This document shows, one piece after another, positions 8,944 through 17,864 of a stretch of DNA of 64,000 bases. Every line of letters starts with the position of its first letter. The stretch's first letter is position 1. Origin of the DNA: a virus. Its lineage: Duplodnaviria; Caudoviricetes. A program made the translations under genes and the position numbers. The stretch covers positions 11,905 through 75,904 of IMG/VR virus record IMGVR_UViG_3300033067_001009; one strand, 5' to 3'. The notes under the pieces were generated by a model. That model worked only from the letters and a program-made list of their open reading frames with translations. It was not told the origin of the DNA and did not search any database.

Positions 8944-11012
8944 TGAGCAAGTATATATTAGCACAATTCAGATTCCGAAATGGGTATGCCAGTTCTCTTC
9001 CGATCACGGAGGGGAACGGTTATCTGCGTCAGGGAACCATCAACGCTATGGTCACCGGAGCGGGTTTGATTGTGCCGTTCAAGGGACTCGGAGCACAGCT
9101 CGGACTGGTCGGCTCCAAGCAGTCCTTTATGACCGACAACTATTATGCGGGTCTAGGGTCTGGTTCCCAAACAGGACAAGGCTCGATGTTTCAAGCGATA
9201 AACTTGATGTTCTTTTGCGGTGAGGGTGCAGTAGCCGTCAAAGGGATTCAAATATCGGATGGAGTCGACCCGCTCCAAGCATCTACCAACTTGTCCTACC
9301 TGAAACGAGTCGACGGAGAGTTCACAGAGGGGACACTGGGGACTAACCAGTTTCAGGTAGGGCACCCCCGACCGGACAGCCCGAGCATCTACCTTAAGAC
9401 ACCCCCGTCGTCCGGCAAGTCCCCGATGAGTGCGGCGATCTCGGTCGTCGTCTGGAGAGCCGATTCTAACACTGGGCAGACCTCACTGCCGTCCGTCCCC
9501 AGCACGGTGCTGGAGCTGGCGAACGGTTCGTGCATCGTCCAGTTCGGATTGCCAGACGCGAACGGTCAGGATGTCTGGGGCATCGGAGTTCCGCTGCTGG
9601 GTCTCAGAGACTTAGGGAATTTCTATCAGTTACCTATCGACATAGGTGGAGAGGTTCTGGAGTCTACCCTCTCATATACACGCGCCATCGACAAGGCGAC
9701 GATCAATCTTGGGGACACGGTGCTGACGATCCACGGAACTACTCCGGTCGATAAACAATTCACGACAGCGGACATCGGTAGACGAGTATCCATCGGAGTC
9801 GGGGGTGCCGACCTCGATTCGTGGATTGTCTCAATCACGGATGCGTTTACCGCTGTTGTTCACGATGCTGCTCTCAATACAGTGGGAGATGTCCCACTAA
9901 CAATCACCCACGCCATCGACGGTATCACGAGAGCCGTCGAAATTTCTTGGGCTGACACTGACCTGTTCGGGCAGGAGTTGGCTCCGTATTTGGCGTTTGA
10001 ACCACCCGACTGCTTGTTCGCAGGGGTATTGAGGGATACGTTTTATGTGGAAGATTTGGAGGGTACCATCCTTTATTCAGTCCCTAATAGTTTGTCTTTT
10101 CCCCGTAGTCAGCGAATCTTCACCGAAGACCGAGCGACCTGTTGGATTTCCACCGGAAACGGGTACCATTGGCGAATCGCCCCGCAATCCGTGGGGAGAC
10201 TCTACTACATTGGAGGACTTCAACCGATTCAACTTGACATCCTTTCCAATAACATTGGATGCCAATTTGTCCAGAACGCTTGTGTAGGGTATGGCGGGAA
10301 CTTGATGCTGTGGTCTGGTAGACCGACACTCATCGGCATCGACGGCTCGATGAACTCGACATTCTACCTAATCGTCGAGCAGGACTTCGACGGTTGGGAA
10401 GACCAGACCGAGGATGAGCCTGTCGTCACTGCTTACGATCCGATAGGTCAGTATGAGGTCTGGGTTAAAGGCCGGACAGCTATTCCGCGCCACGCTCCAA
10501 CCGGTAACTGGTCGAGTCCGTGCGACCTGACTCCGTGGCTGGAGAGCGAGGAGTCGATCATCGTCGGACGGGTCGTGATCCACGAACGACTGCATCTGGT
10601 CGAGAAGACCGTGTCAGGAGACCTGCTGCTCAAAGAGTGGAACGCCAACCTCGGGTCGGTGATGACGCTCCAGTCCTACTACGAGGATACCCAGAGAGCA
10701 TTGGCAACCATCTCTCAGATCGATACTATTGTACAGGCCGCTGATAGGCAGACCAGCTTCAAGATGACGGTCATCAAAGACTTCGTCAAAGAGATCGAGA
10801 TGGAAACCGTCGACATCCCCAGCAACCCGCACCATCAAGTCCTGACCTCATTCCGACCGAACATCCGTGGAGGGCAGGTTCTCGGCGTTAAAGTTGAGGT
10901 CTCTGGCGGCGGGGGAGCACCGGCTGACGGCAGGGCTGCGGTAGATTACATTACTTTTTACGGAGAGATTTCCGAGACGTTCGCACAGGTTGGCACAGCC
11001 CAGCAGGTGTAG
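8943..11012 (+). CDS. Probable tail nozzle/tubular protein (P22 gp10-like role)
   Basis: 689-aa beta-rich protein in the post-adaptor position. Confidence 0.45.
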   Translation: MSKYILAQFRFRNGYASSLPITEGNGYLRQGTINAMVTGAGLIVPFKGLGAQLGLVGSKQSFMTDNYYAGLGSGSQTGQGSMFQAINLMFFCGEGAVAVKGIQISDGVDPLQASTNLSYLKRVDGEFTEGTLGTNQFQVGHPRPDSPSIYLKTPPSSGKSPMSAAISVVVWRADSNTGQTSLPSVPSTVLELANGSCIVQFGLPDANGQDVWGIGVPLLGLRDLGNFYQLPIDIGGEVLESTLSYTRAIDKATINLGDTVLTIHGTTPVDKQFTTADIGRRVSIGVGGADLDSWIVSITDAFTAVVHDAALNTVGDVPLTITHAIDGITRAVEISWADTDLFGQELAPYLAFEPPDCLFAGVLRDTFYVEDLEGTILYSVPNSLSFPRSQRIFTEDRATCWISTGNGYHWRIAPQSVGRLYYIGGLQPIQLDILSNNIGCQFVQNACVGYGGNLMLWSGRPTLIGIDGSMNSTFYLIVEQDFDGWEDQTEDEPVVTAYDPIGQYEVWVKGRTAIPRHAPTGNWSSPCDLTPWLESEESIIVGRVVIHERLHLVEKTVSGDLLLKEWNANLGSVMTLQSYYEDTQRALATISQIDTIVQAADRQTSFKMTVIKDFVKEIEMETVDIPSNPHHQVLTSFRPNIRGGQVLGVKVEVSGGGGAPADGRAAVDYITFYGEISETFAQVGTAQQV

Positions 11013-11037
11013 TTCGAGTGTCGACACTCAAAGCACT

Positions 11038-12738
11038 ATGACAATGACTCCGAGTGAGAGAGCCGAGATACTTCGGGAAGCAATGGGATTCCAAGACCCA
11101 GCCGGTCTGACCGCATTCATTCAACGGCAGAGCGCACTGGGTCGCCTTATCTACCCAGACTACCAGAGCACTCAGGCAATCACTGCCGGAGGAACCAACT
11201 TCTGCCCCAACTCCGATTTCGCGTGGTCTCATATGGCCGCAACCACCGCAGGTATCACCCCCGCCACAGCCGGAGACACCAATTACGAAATATACAGCGT
11301 GTTTCGGCAGGTTCAGGGAGCCAACATAGGTACCGACCGTGTCAGGTCTTCCGGTCACTCACTGTATGCGGCGAACGAGGGAGTCAGCACTTGGATTCCA
11401 ATCTGGGACAGGGTACAGGGCAACGTACATCTCGGTACAGGAACCATCGGAGCCGCCAACTACGACATCGCCGTCCAGATGACTAACTCGTGGTTGCAGA
11501 ACAACAGATTCAGGTACGTCCGTGTAGCGGTTGCGACGGACGGTACCACTCCACTTCCGGTCGGCGCAAAACTCTACGCCGGTTACTGGGCAAAGTTCAG
11601 CGGCGGCACCGAGGGCTGGGTGACAGGCGACGGGTTTACTATCTCGTACCGGAGACACGCTCCGGTCGGAACCCGCCACCTGCAATACCTTGTGATTGCC
11701 AAAACTTCGGTAGGCACTTCTCTGGAGAGTGCCGTGCTGGACGTACTAGACGCGCCGACCGACCTCGACTCCAACAACTACATCGAGCTGACATATTCAG
11801 ACGCTACCGGATTCATCCAGTTCGAGGTATACCGCAAAGACGTGGCGACCGGTCGTGTCGACTTAATCGCCAATGATGTCAACTCGTCCCAGCTCTGGGC
11901 GTATGACATCGGCCAGTCAATCCGCGTCGAGACAGCCGGATTCCCGTCCGGAGATATGACGGATCACCGAGCCTACTCAGAAGTGCTGCTGGATGCGGTG
12001 GATTACGCGCAGCAGCTCACGTTCCACGATCTCAAGGTTCGAGTACCGGCAACATTCGACACCTCTCACCTTGTGACTGTCTACCTGAGAATCGGCATCA
12101 AGGATTTGGTCGCCGCTGACAGGCAGATTATTTTAGACACTGTGTGGGAAAGCGACAGCTTCAATGTCTGGTCACCGTCAGCCTTTGACGTATACCCCAG
12201 CCCACGCTCAACGACTCTCGCTACGGCACCACCGAGCGGGGGGACTAACCCGACAGACCATCCTCCGGTCGGAGGAGGTGTCAGCTGTCTATGGACAGGT
12301 CACGACATCCTGACTTCCGGAGGGTGGTTAAAACTGGAGGAGTTACGGGAGGGTATGCGCGTAAAGACCGGAGCACCTCTCCCTAATCTGGTAGAGAGAA
12401 TCCGATGGGCTACCGTCAGCCAGTACTTTATACTGGAGTTCAGCAACGGGGCAGTCCTCATCGCTACCGGCAGCCACCGGTTTGCCAGATCGCTGTACGA
12501 TGGCTCCGGAGTTCAGGTAGCCAATATGGAAGCCGGTGACACCGTACTGGGCGGGGATACTTCGCAAGGGGACTACGACATTACCCTGTTGTCTAAAGAG
12601 CTGGTGTCAGCTTCCGCGCAGCTTCCAGTGGCGACACTCAAGCATACCGCTAACAGCCCGAATAAGCTATACAGAGTGGGGTGTAAACTCACGGGTGTGT
12701 ATGTCAATTCGCACAACCTAAAGTCACCTGACTTATAG
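11038..12738 (+). CDS. Tail-associated protein with C-terminal Hint (intein-like) domain
   Basis: Pro/Gly linker, then C(LWTGHDI), a TGSHRF block-B motif and terminal SHN followed by only LKSPDL*. The Hint domain spans 12286-12717. Confidence 0.75.
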   Translation: MTMTPSERAEILREAMGFQDPAGLTAFIQRQSALGRLIYPDYQSTQAITAGGTNFCPNSDFAWSHMAATTAGITPATAGDTNYEIYSVFRQVQGANIGTDRVRSSGHSLYAANEGVSTWIPIWDRVQGNVHLGTGTIGAANYDIAVQMTNSWLQNNRFRYVRVAVATDGTTPLPVGAKLYAGYWAKFSGGTEGWVTGDGFTISYRRHAPVGTRHLQYLVIAKTSVGTSLESAVLDVLDAPTDLDSNNYIELTYSDATGFIQFEVYRKDVATGRVDLIANDVNSSQLWAYDIGQSIRVETAGFPSGDMTDHRAYSEVLLDAVDYAQQLTFHDLKVRVPATFDTSHLVTVYLRIGIKDLVAADRQIILDTVWESDSFNVWSPSAFDVYPSPRSTTLATAPPSGGTNPTDHPPVGGGVSCLWTGHDILTSGGWLKLEELREGMRVKTGAPLPNLVERIRWATVSQYFILEFSNGAVLIATGSHRFARSLYDGSGVQVANMEAGDTVLGGDTSQGDYDITLLSKELVSASAQLPVATLKHTANSPNKLYRVGCKLTGVYVNSHNLKSPDL

Positions 12739-12742
12739 GCAC

Positions 12743-12771
12743 TTGCATTACTGCATAGTTTGTAGTAATAT
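12743..12771 (+). promoter_or_regulatory. Sigma70-type promoter
   Basis: TTGCAT-17bp-TAATAT in the intergenic gap; RBS AAGGAG precedes 12826. Confidence 0.55.
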
Positions 12772-12825
12772 TTTGTGAGTACCCAACCCAGCACCTAGCG
12801 CTCGACTCTTTAAGGAGTAACTCCA

Positions 12826-13449
12826 GTGGGCGCAAAGCAAAGACTACGAGACCAACTTGAGCAGATGATGATGGCACAGATTCAGCGCAATAACGCACCG
12901 AATCCGGAGCTGGAAATGCTCAAAGGTTACAACAAGAGCATCATCGACTGGCATCTCAACCCAAACAACACGGTCAAGGACATCGCCAAGCACCCAACCA
13001 TCGGCGGCAAGTTGCCGACATATCAGCTCGCCAAGTCATTCAGAGACAAAGGCCGGATCGGCAGGGGCATCGCCGGATTGGGAGGCAAAAACGATGCGGC
13101 GTATTCAAAAGACTTGGAGCAGCAGACCGACTTCGAGCGAGGGATCACAGCGTCAGGTATGCTGGAGACCGGCTTACAGAACGAGCTGGATCAGTCCGCA
13201 TCCAACCTCGCCCAGCTGGAGGCGCAGGACGAGCAGCGACGGAGCAGCTCTAATAGTTTAATCCAGTATTACCACTCGGACTTGAACCGGAGAATCGCTT
13301 CCGGTGGCTGGGGCGGGTTTTTACGTGGGCTGGCTAGTACCGTAATACCAATCGGCGCGTCAATACTTACTGGCGGGCTGAGCGGTATGCTGTCCGGAGG
13401 AGGAGCGTCAGCGCAACCAAGACAAAGTAGCGCAGGAGTGCAGGGATAA
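12826..13449 (+). CDS. Putative ejection/pilot protein
   Basis: Gln-rich helical region and a Gly-rich hydrophobic C-terminus (GGWGGFLRGLASTVIPIGASILTGG), as in podovirus ejection proteins. Confidence 0.45.
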   Translation: MGAKQRLRDQLEQMMMAQIQRNNAPNPELEMLKGYNKSIIDWHLNPNNTVKDIAKHPTIGGKLPTYQLAKSFRDKGRIGRGIAGLGGKNDAAYSKDLEQQTDFERGITASGMLETGLQNELDQSASNLAQLEAQDEQRRSSSNSLIQYYHSDLNRRIASGGWGGFLRGLASTVIPIGASILTGGLSGMLSGGGASAQPRQSSAGVQG

Positions 13450-14186
13450 TGGCAATTCAAAATCAATATTCGCAGGATCGACCGAGAGTCATTTTCAAGT
13501 ACACGTATCCAGCAGGTGCGGTGTACACGCTAAAGAGGTTTGTCGAGGTGGCTCTCAAGGCTGCGTCAGACCTCTTCATTAACCAAACCGTCGCCAATGC
13601 TGCCGCTCGACTGGCGCTGACCAATATTCTGAGCGGGTATCTGGTCTACCAGACCGATACGACTGCGTTCTGGAAGTTCACCGGCACGAACCCAGCGGTC
13701 GCCGGAGACTGGACGCTGCAAGCCCAGCAGGTAGCTAACCAAGCGGCGAGGCTGGCAATCGCCGCACCACCGATTGGCACCATCGTGTACCAAGTTGACA
13801 CGACCAGCTGGTACAACTACGTCGGCAACCCGAACAACACGGCTCTGAACAATCCAGCTGACAATACACAGTGGTTGATAGTCAACGCCGATATGAGTTT
13901 CACCCAGTACGTGATCGCTTTTCTTAAAGACTTGACGTGGGTTCTCGACGGGTATTCGTCCATAAAGAACGTCGACGGAGCAGCAGTGACGCTGAAAGTG
14001 CTGACCTCATTCGTCCGCAACAGCGACGGGGAGGCTCCGTACATTGCGACCCAGATGACTACCTACGGTACCGACATCGCCCAAAACGCAACCAAGCTAC
14101 TGTACGGTCGGCTTGAGCCGCAAAGACTTGTGCTCTATTGCGCGTCCAACTGTGCTTTGGAATTAGACCTTTGCTTCGGAACATAA
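13449..14186 (+). CDS. Putative virion protein with a tandem duplicated fibre-type module
   Basis: Two copies of VANxAARLA(L/I)...G..VYQ.DTT..(W/Y). Confidence 0.5.
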   Translation: MAIQNQYSQDRPRVIFKYTYPAGAVYTLKRFVEVALKAASDLFINQTVANAAARLALTNILSGYLVYQTDTTAFWKFTGTNPAVAGDWTLQAQQVANQAARLAIAAPPIGTIVYQVDTTSWYNYVGNPNNTALNNPADNTQWLIVNADMSFTQYVIAFLKDLTWVLDGYSSIKNVDGAAVTLKVLTSFVRNSDGEAPYIATQMTTYGTDIAQNATKLLYGRLEPQRLVLYCASNCALELDLCFGT

Positions 14187-16573
14187 TGAACAAGATTCTG
14201 TTTACAATTTTATTCGTGCTGCTGCTTTGCGTGTCGACACTCGCAAGCAGCATTACCGTTAATCCGATCACCGTCTCGTCGTGGCGCTATCCAATGGTTC
14301 AGGGTATCAAAGTTCGCATTTACCCGAACAATACATTCCTGACATCGGACGGTTCATTGGTTAAACGTGGGCAGGTAGGTGTGTCCCAGTGGTATAAAGA
14401 GTACAGCTGTACGGTGAGCGGCACCAACGTGACCCTCCCGACAATGACGTTGGATTCGACCACGGATTCAGACGTGCCATCAGCATCATACACAGCGATC
14501 TTCTTCGACTCTAAAGGCAACAAGATAGATACTTATTACAACGCTTTCAGAGTCCCGTCTACATACGGATCGACAGTTACTTGGAACGACATCCGAGCGT
14601 ACACCGAGTCCGTCAGCATCACGCTGCCGAGCGGGTATTATCCGGTTACCACGACCGATTCGAGACTGGAGAAAGACCTATCGCTGTACAGCAACTCTTT
14701 AACCACAGCAATCGCTGCTCTGGGCGTATCTGACACCACGCTGGGGTGTACCCGTGCTGTGACGGTCTCAGTCGATACCACGATACCCAAGAACCTCAAG
14801 CTCCGACCGAGCAGCGAGTGTTTGATTACGGTCGCCGCAGGTAAGACCCTGACTATTAACGCGATGGTCGAAGACCCTGTCAACTGGCGTATCTTCAACA
14901 CCACCGCAGCGGGAGCCAGCGTACGATTCGGAAAGGGCGCTGTACACCGGATGAATATCAACTGGTGGACTGGCAGCGCCACCGGCGCTGCGGTCGACGC
15001 TACCGACGCGATCTCGGAGGCACTGGCCTCGACCACTGCCAACGCCGGAGGGACAATCTATTTCCCCGAGGGCAACTACACGACGACCGGAGGACATCAA
15101 GGAGCGGACAACGTGATTGTCGAGGGGGACTCGAACTTCGTCAGCTACGGGTATGGAGGCACCAACCTCAAGCTGGTTTCACCGACGACCACGTATATGT
15201 TTAAGATCGGGGAGGGGGAGTTCGGAATCCGGTTCAAAAATATTTTACTTGACGGTACAGGTACGACCGGCAAGGATGCGATTCTTTTACAGGGTGCGTA
15301 CCCGAACACAAGTGGCGACCTCAAGTTCACGAACGTCACCATTCAGAACTTCGCCATCGGACTTCACTACAACTCAACCTCCGGAAGCTGGCAGTTCGCC
15401 CAGATCGGATTCGACTCGTGTATCTTTCAGACCAACACAGTCGCCGTCTCGGCCAACTCGTTGAACTCGCAGCTCACGTTCGAGAATACGAACTTCGCTG
15501 TACCAGCTTCCGGAAAGGCTTTCGATATGGCTGGCGGCGGGTTGCTGACAGTCAAAGGGTCGGAGTTCGCCGGAGGTGGTTCAACATCCAAGGTCATCGT
15601 CATCAGCGGGGCGCACGTACAGTACGACTTCATAGGTGTGCAGGACGAGAACTTCGGGACGTTCTTGCAGAACGATGCGAGCGATGTCTCCGGCATAACG
15701 AACATCATCGGGTCGCTGATCCAGTCGAAGATTCAGCTTAACCAGACGTGTACGCTGAACTCGTTCGGAAACAATTACCTATCTAAAGCATTCGTGTTCG
15801 GAGTCGGGGCAACTCCATTCGTCACCAGTCGTGGGGATCACATCCGAGGAGTGGATGTGGCAGACGGGGTAACCGTAGTGTCTCCACCCAGACTGGCGAG
15901 CGATGTAACTAAGCAGGACAACATCGTGATCGAAGAGAACGGTATCAATACCGAGCTGAGATACAGGCAGCCGGTTAAAGTGATCTCGCCTTTGATCTAC
16001 GACAGCACGTCGACCATACCGTTTTCGGTAGGCATCTACCAGCCGAGCGGCGTCGACAAGCCAGCGATCCGGTTCGGGAGACTGGACATCAACGGGGCAT
16101 TCGATTACTACTACGACATCACCCGTGAGTACAGCACCGGACGTGCTATATTCTCCGGCAATCAAACCGGATTCGTTGGTTACGAATTTCGCAACGGTGA
16201 CGTGTATGTCAGCGGTGCGATACGCGGTCAGTCCTACCAACTGACCGATGCCGCCACGATCACGTTAGACCCGAAAGCTGGTAATCACCAATACGTGACT
16301 CTGGGCGGCAACAGAACGCTGGCGATGCTGGCGTTGGGTGCAGCCGAGAAAACACGGTCGGACGGAATGAGACTCACAATCGAGATCATTCAAGACGCGA
16401 CCGGAACCCGTACCTGTTCCCTGTCGACCGGTTCGGCGGGACAGTTCGTATTCGGTACCGACATTGCAAGTATCACCTGCACGGTAACGGCGAACAAGAG
16501 AGACCTGCTCACTGTCGTCTATTCGGCTAGAATGGACAGGTGGATGGTCGTGGATTTCAAGAAAGGTTTTTAG
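14186..16573 (+). CDS. Tailspike/depolymerase-like protein with beta-helix and N-terminal signal peptide
   Basis: Starts MNKILFTILFVLLLCVSTLA. Contains a pectate-lyase-3-like motif (AISEALAST..AGGTIYFPEGNY) and a C-terminal phage fibre domain (LTIEIIQDATGTRT...DLLTVVY). Confidence 0.7.
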   Translation: MNKILFTILFVLLLCVSTLASSITVNPITVSSWRYPMVQGIKVRIYPNNTFLTSDGSLVKRGQVGVSQWYKEYSCTVSGTNVTLPTMTLDSTTDSDVPSASYTAIFFDSKGNKIDTYYNAFRVPSTYGSTVTWNDIRAYTESVSITLPSGYYPVTTTDSRLEKDLSLYSNSLTTAIAALGVSDTTLGCTRAVTVSVDTTIPKNLKLRPSSECLITVAAGKTLTINAMVEDPVNWRIFNTTAAGASVRFGKGAVHRMNINWWTGSATGAAVDATDAISEALASTTANAGGTIYFPEGNYTTTGGHQGADNVIVEGDSNFVSYGYGGTNLKLVSPTTTYMFKIGEGEFGIRFKNILLDGTGTTGKDAILLQGAYPNTSGDLKFTNVTIQNFAIGLHYNSTSGSWQFAQIGFDSCIFQTNTVAVSANSLNSQLTFENTNFAVPASGKAFDMAGGGLLTVKGSEFAGGGSTSKVIVISGAHVQYDFIGVQDENFGTFLQNDASDVSGITNIIGSLIQSKIQLNQTCTLNSFGNNYLSKAFVFGVGATPFVTSRGDHIRGVDVADGVTVVSPPRLASDVTKQDNIVIEENGINTELRYRQPVKVISPLIYDSTSTIPFSVGIYQPSGVDKPAIRFGRLDINGAFDYYYDITREYSTGRAIFSGNQTGFVGYEFRNGDVYVSGAIRGQSYQLTDAATITLDPKAGNHQYVTLGGNRTLAMLALGAAEKTRSDGMRLTIEIIQDATGTRTCSLSTGSAGQFVFGTDIASITCTVTANKRDLLTVVYSARMDRWMVVDFKKGF

Positions 16574-16575
16574 CT

Positions 16576-16593
16576 TTGAGTGTCGACACTCAA
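16576..16593. repeat. 18-bp perfect palindrome TTGAGTGTCGACACTCAA
   Basis: Intergenic; immediately followed by GAGGAGG and the GTG start at 16608. Confidence 0.95.
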
Positions 16594-16607
16594 GAGGAGG
16601 TTTAACC

Positions 16608-16919
16608 GTGCCAGTAAACAATGCCGTCTTGGCAACCTTGACGACCGAGATCACAGCCGGAGCACAGACGCTGGCGACACTGTTCGCCGCTATCCGCGCC
16701 GGTAAATATTCCAATTACACGTCGGTCGTATTCACGAATCGTGGCAGTACAACGCTGCGGTTCTTCATTACCGAGCTTGGCTACTCTGCCGTCAACGGCA
16801 ACTCGGTCACGCTTGAGGGAGGCGAGCAGCTCCCGATCAGCTCGCTTAACACCGGTACGGTTTACGTGCTGGGTGCAGGAGCCAACGATCTGTTGGAGTT
16901 CCGAGGAGAGATCGCATAA
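16608..16919 (+). CDS. Small beta-rich virion accessory protein
   Basis: 103 aa with a strong RBS; jelly-roll-like pattern (VVFTNRGSTTLRF...VTLEGGEQL). Confidence 0.5.
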   Translation: MPVNNAVLATLTTEITAGAQTLATLFAAIRAGKYSNYTSVVFTNRGSTTLRFFITELGYSAVNGNSVTLEGGEQLPISSLNTGTVYVLGAGANDLLEFRGEIA

Positions 16920-17864
16920 ATGAAACGATTCATATACATACTAATGCTGGCAGCCGTGCTGCTGACGACGACCGTTCTCGGACAGAAACCGATCCAGACG
17001 GACTTCATCGGATTCCGAAAGACCGATCCGGCCACGTGCGGCAGGGTCGGTCTGAGGTATTTCAACACCACTGCGTTGCAGGAGCGAATGTGCATATCTA
17101 CGACCGGCTCCGGAACGTGGGTGGCTGCCGCCGCTCCGGACGGCTCCGGTCTCGACGCGTTCGGATTACCGAACATCGGCGCTCTGGGTACACGTGTGCG
17201 GATCACCGGCCAGCTGGCTGTCGGCAATAACGATGTCTACACCGTACCGGCAGGGTACCAGCTACTAACCCGCTATATATTCTACTGGGGAGTGTCGACC
17301 GGCTACTCAGTCTACTCCGGAGTAAAGGAAGCGTCGAACTACCGACGACTCAGCACGATCACCGCTGTCGGCGCTAACGCTGCCCGAGGGGACGCATACG
17401 TATACGGAGCGGAGTCAGGTGAGGTGGTGTTCCTAAACAGCACGGTAATCAATGTCCGCTATCAGATTGACGGGTTTTTGATCCCGAACACCAGCCCTAT
17501 CAATGTCGTCAGAGCTTGGCAGACAACTCAGACCGCAGCGACGGATACGCTTCTGTACACCGTACCGGCAGGAAAGACGGCTTTCTTCGTTGCGTTCGGT
17601 TCCGGTCTCTGGGTAGCCGGTGCAGGGTCGGTAGTAATTACCAACGACTCGGGTGTGTCCGGAACCGCCCAAGTGGGGTTTGTGCCGTCAGGGGGAACCA
17701 TCGGGGCGAGTTACTACGGCCTTCTGGGCGTTGCCAATAACACAGCGAGCCAAGCCGTTATGTCCACGATACCACCGTTTGGGCAAGCTGGAGATAAACT
17801 CTATTACCAGACATCGATCGCCAATGCGGGTCAGACCGCTTGGATTACGTTACTGGAGTTTTAA
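16920..17864 (+). CDS. Signal-peptide-bearing fibre-like protein
   Basis: MKRFIYILMLAAVLLTTTVLG/QK; two internal LYTVPAG(Y/K)T-type repeats. Confidence 0.6.
   Translation: MKRFIYILMLAAVLLTTTVLGQKPIQTDFIGFRKTDPATCGRVGLRYFNTTALQERMCISTTGSGTWVAAAAPDGSGLDAFGLPNIGALGTRVRITGQLAVGNNDVYTVPAGYQLLTRYIFYWGVSTGYSVYSGVKEASNYRRLSTITAVGANAARGDAYVYGAESGEVVFLNSTVINVRYQIDGFLIPNTSPINVVRAWQTTQTAATDTLLYTVPAGKTAFFVAFGSGLWVAGAGSVVITNDSGVSGTAQVGFVPSGGTIGASYYGLLGVANNTASQAVMSTIPPFGQAGDKLYYQTSIANAGQTAWITLLEF

Noticed and set aside
9600-10400. AT-richer patch within the nozzle-like gene (similar patches at about 24900-25700 and 32200-32800)
   Set aside because: The frames are intact and no mobile-element boundaries are visible; this is consistent with ordinary phage mosaicism and was not quantified.
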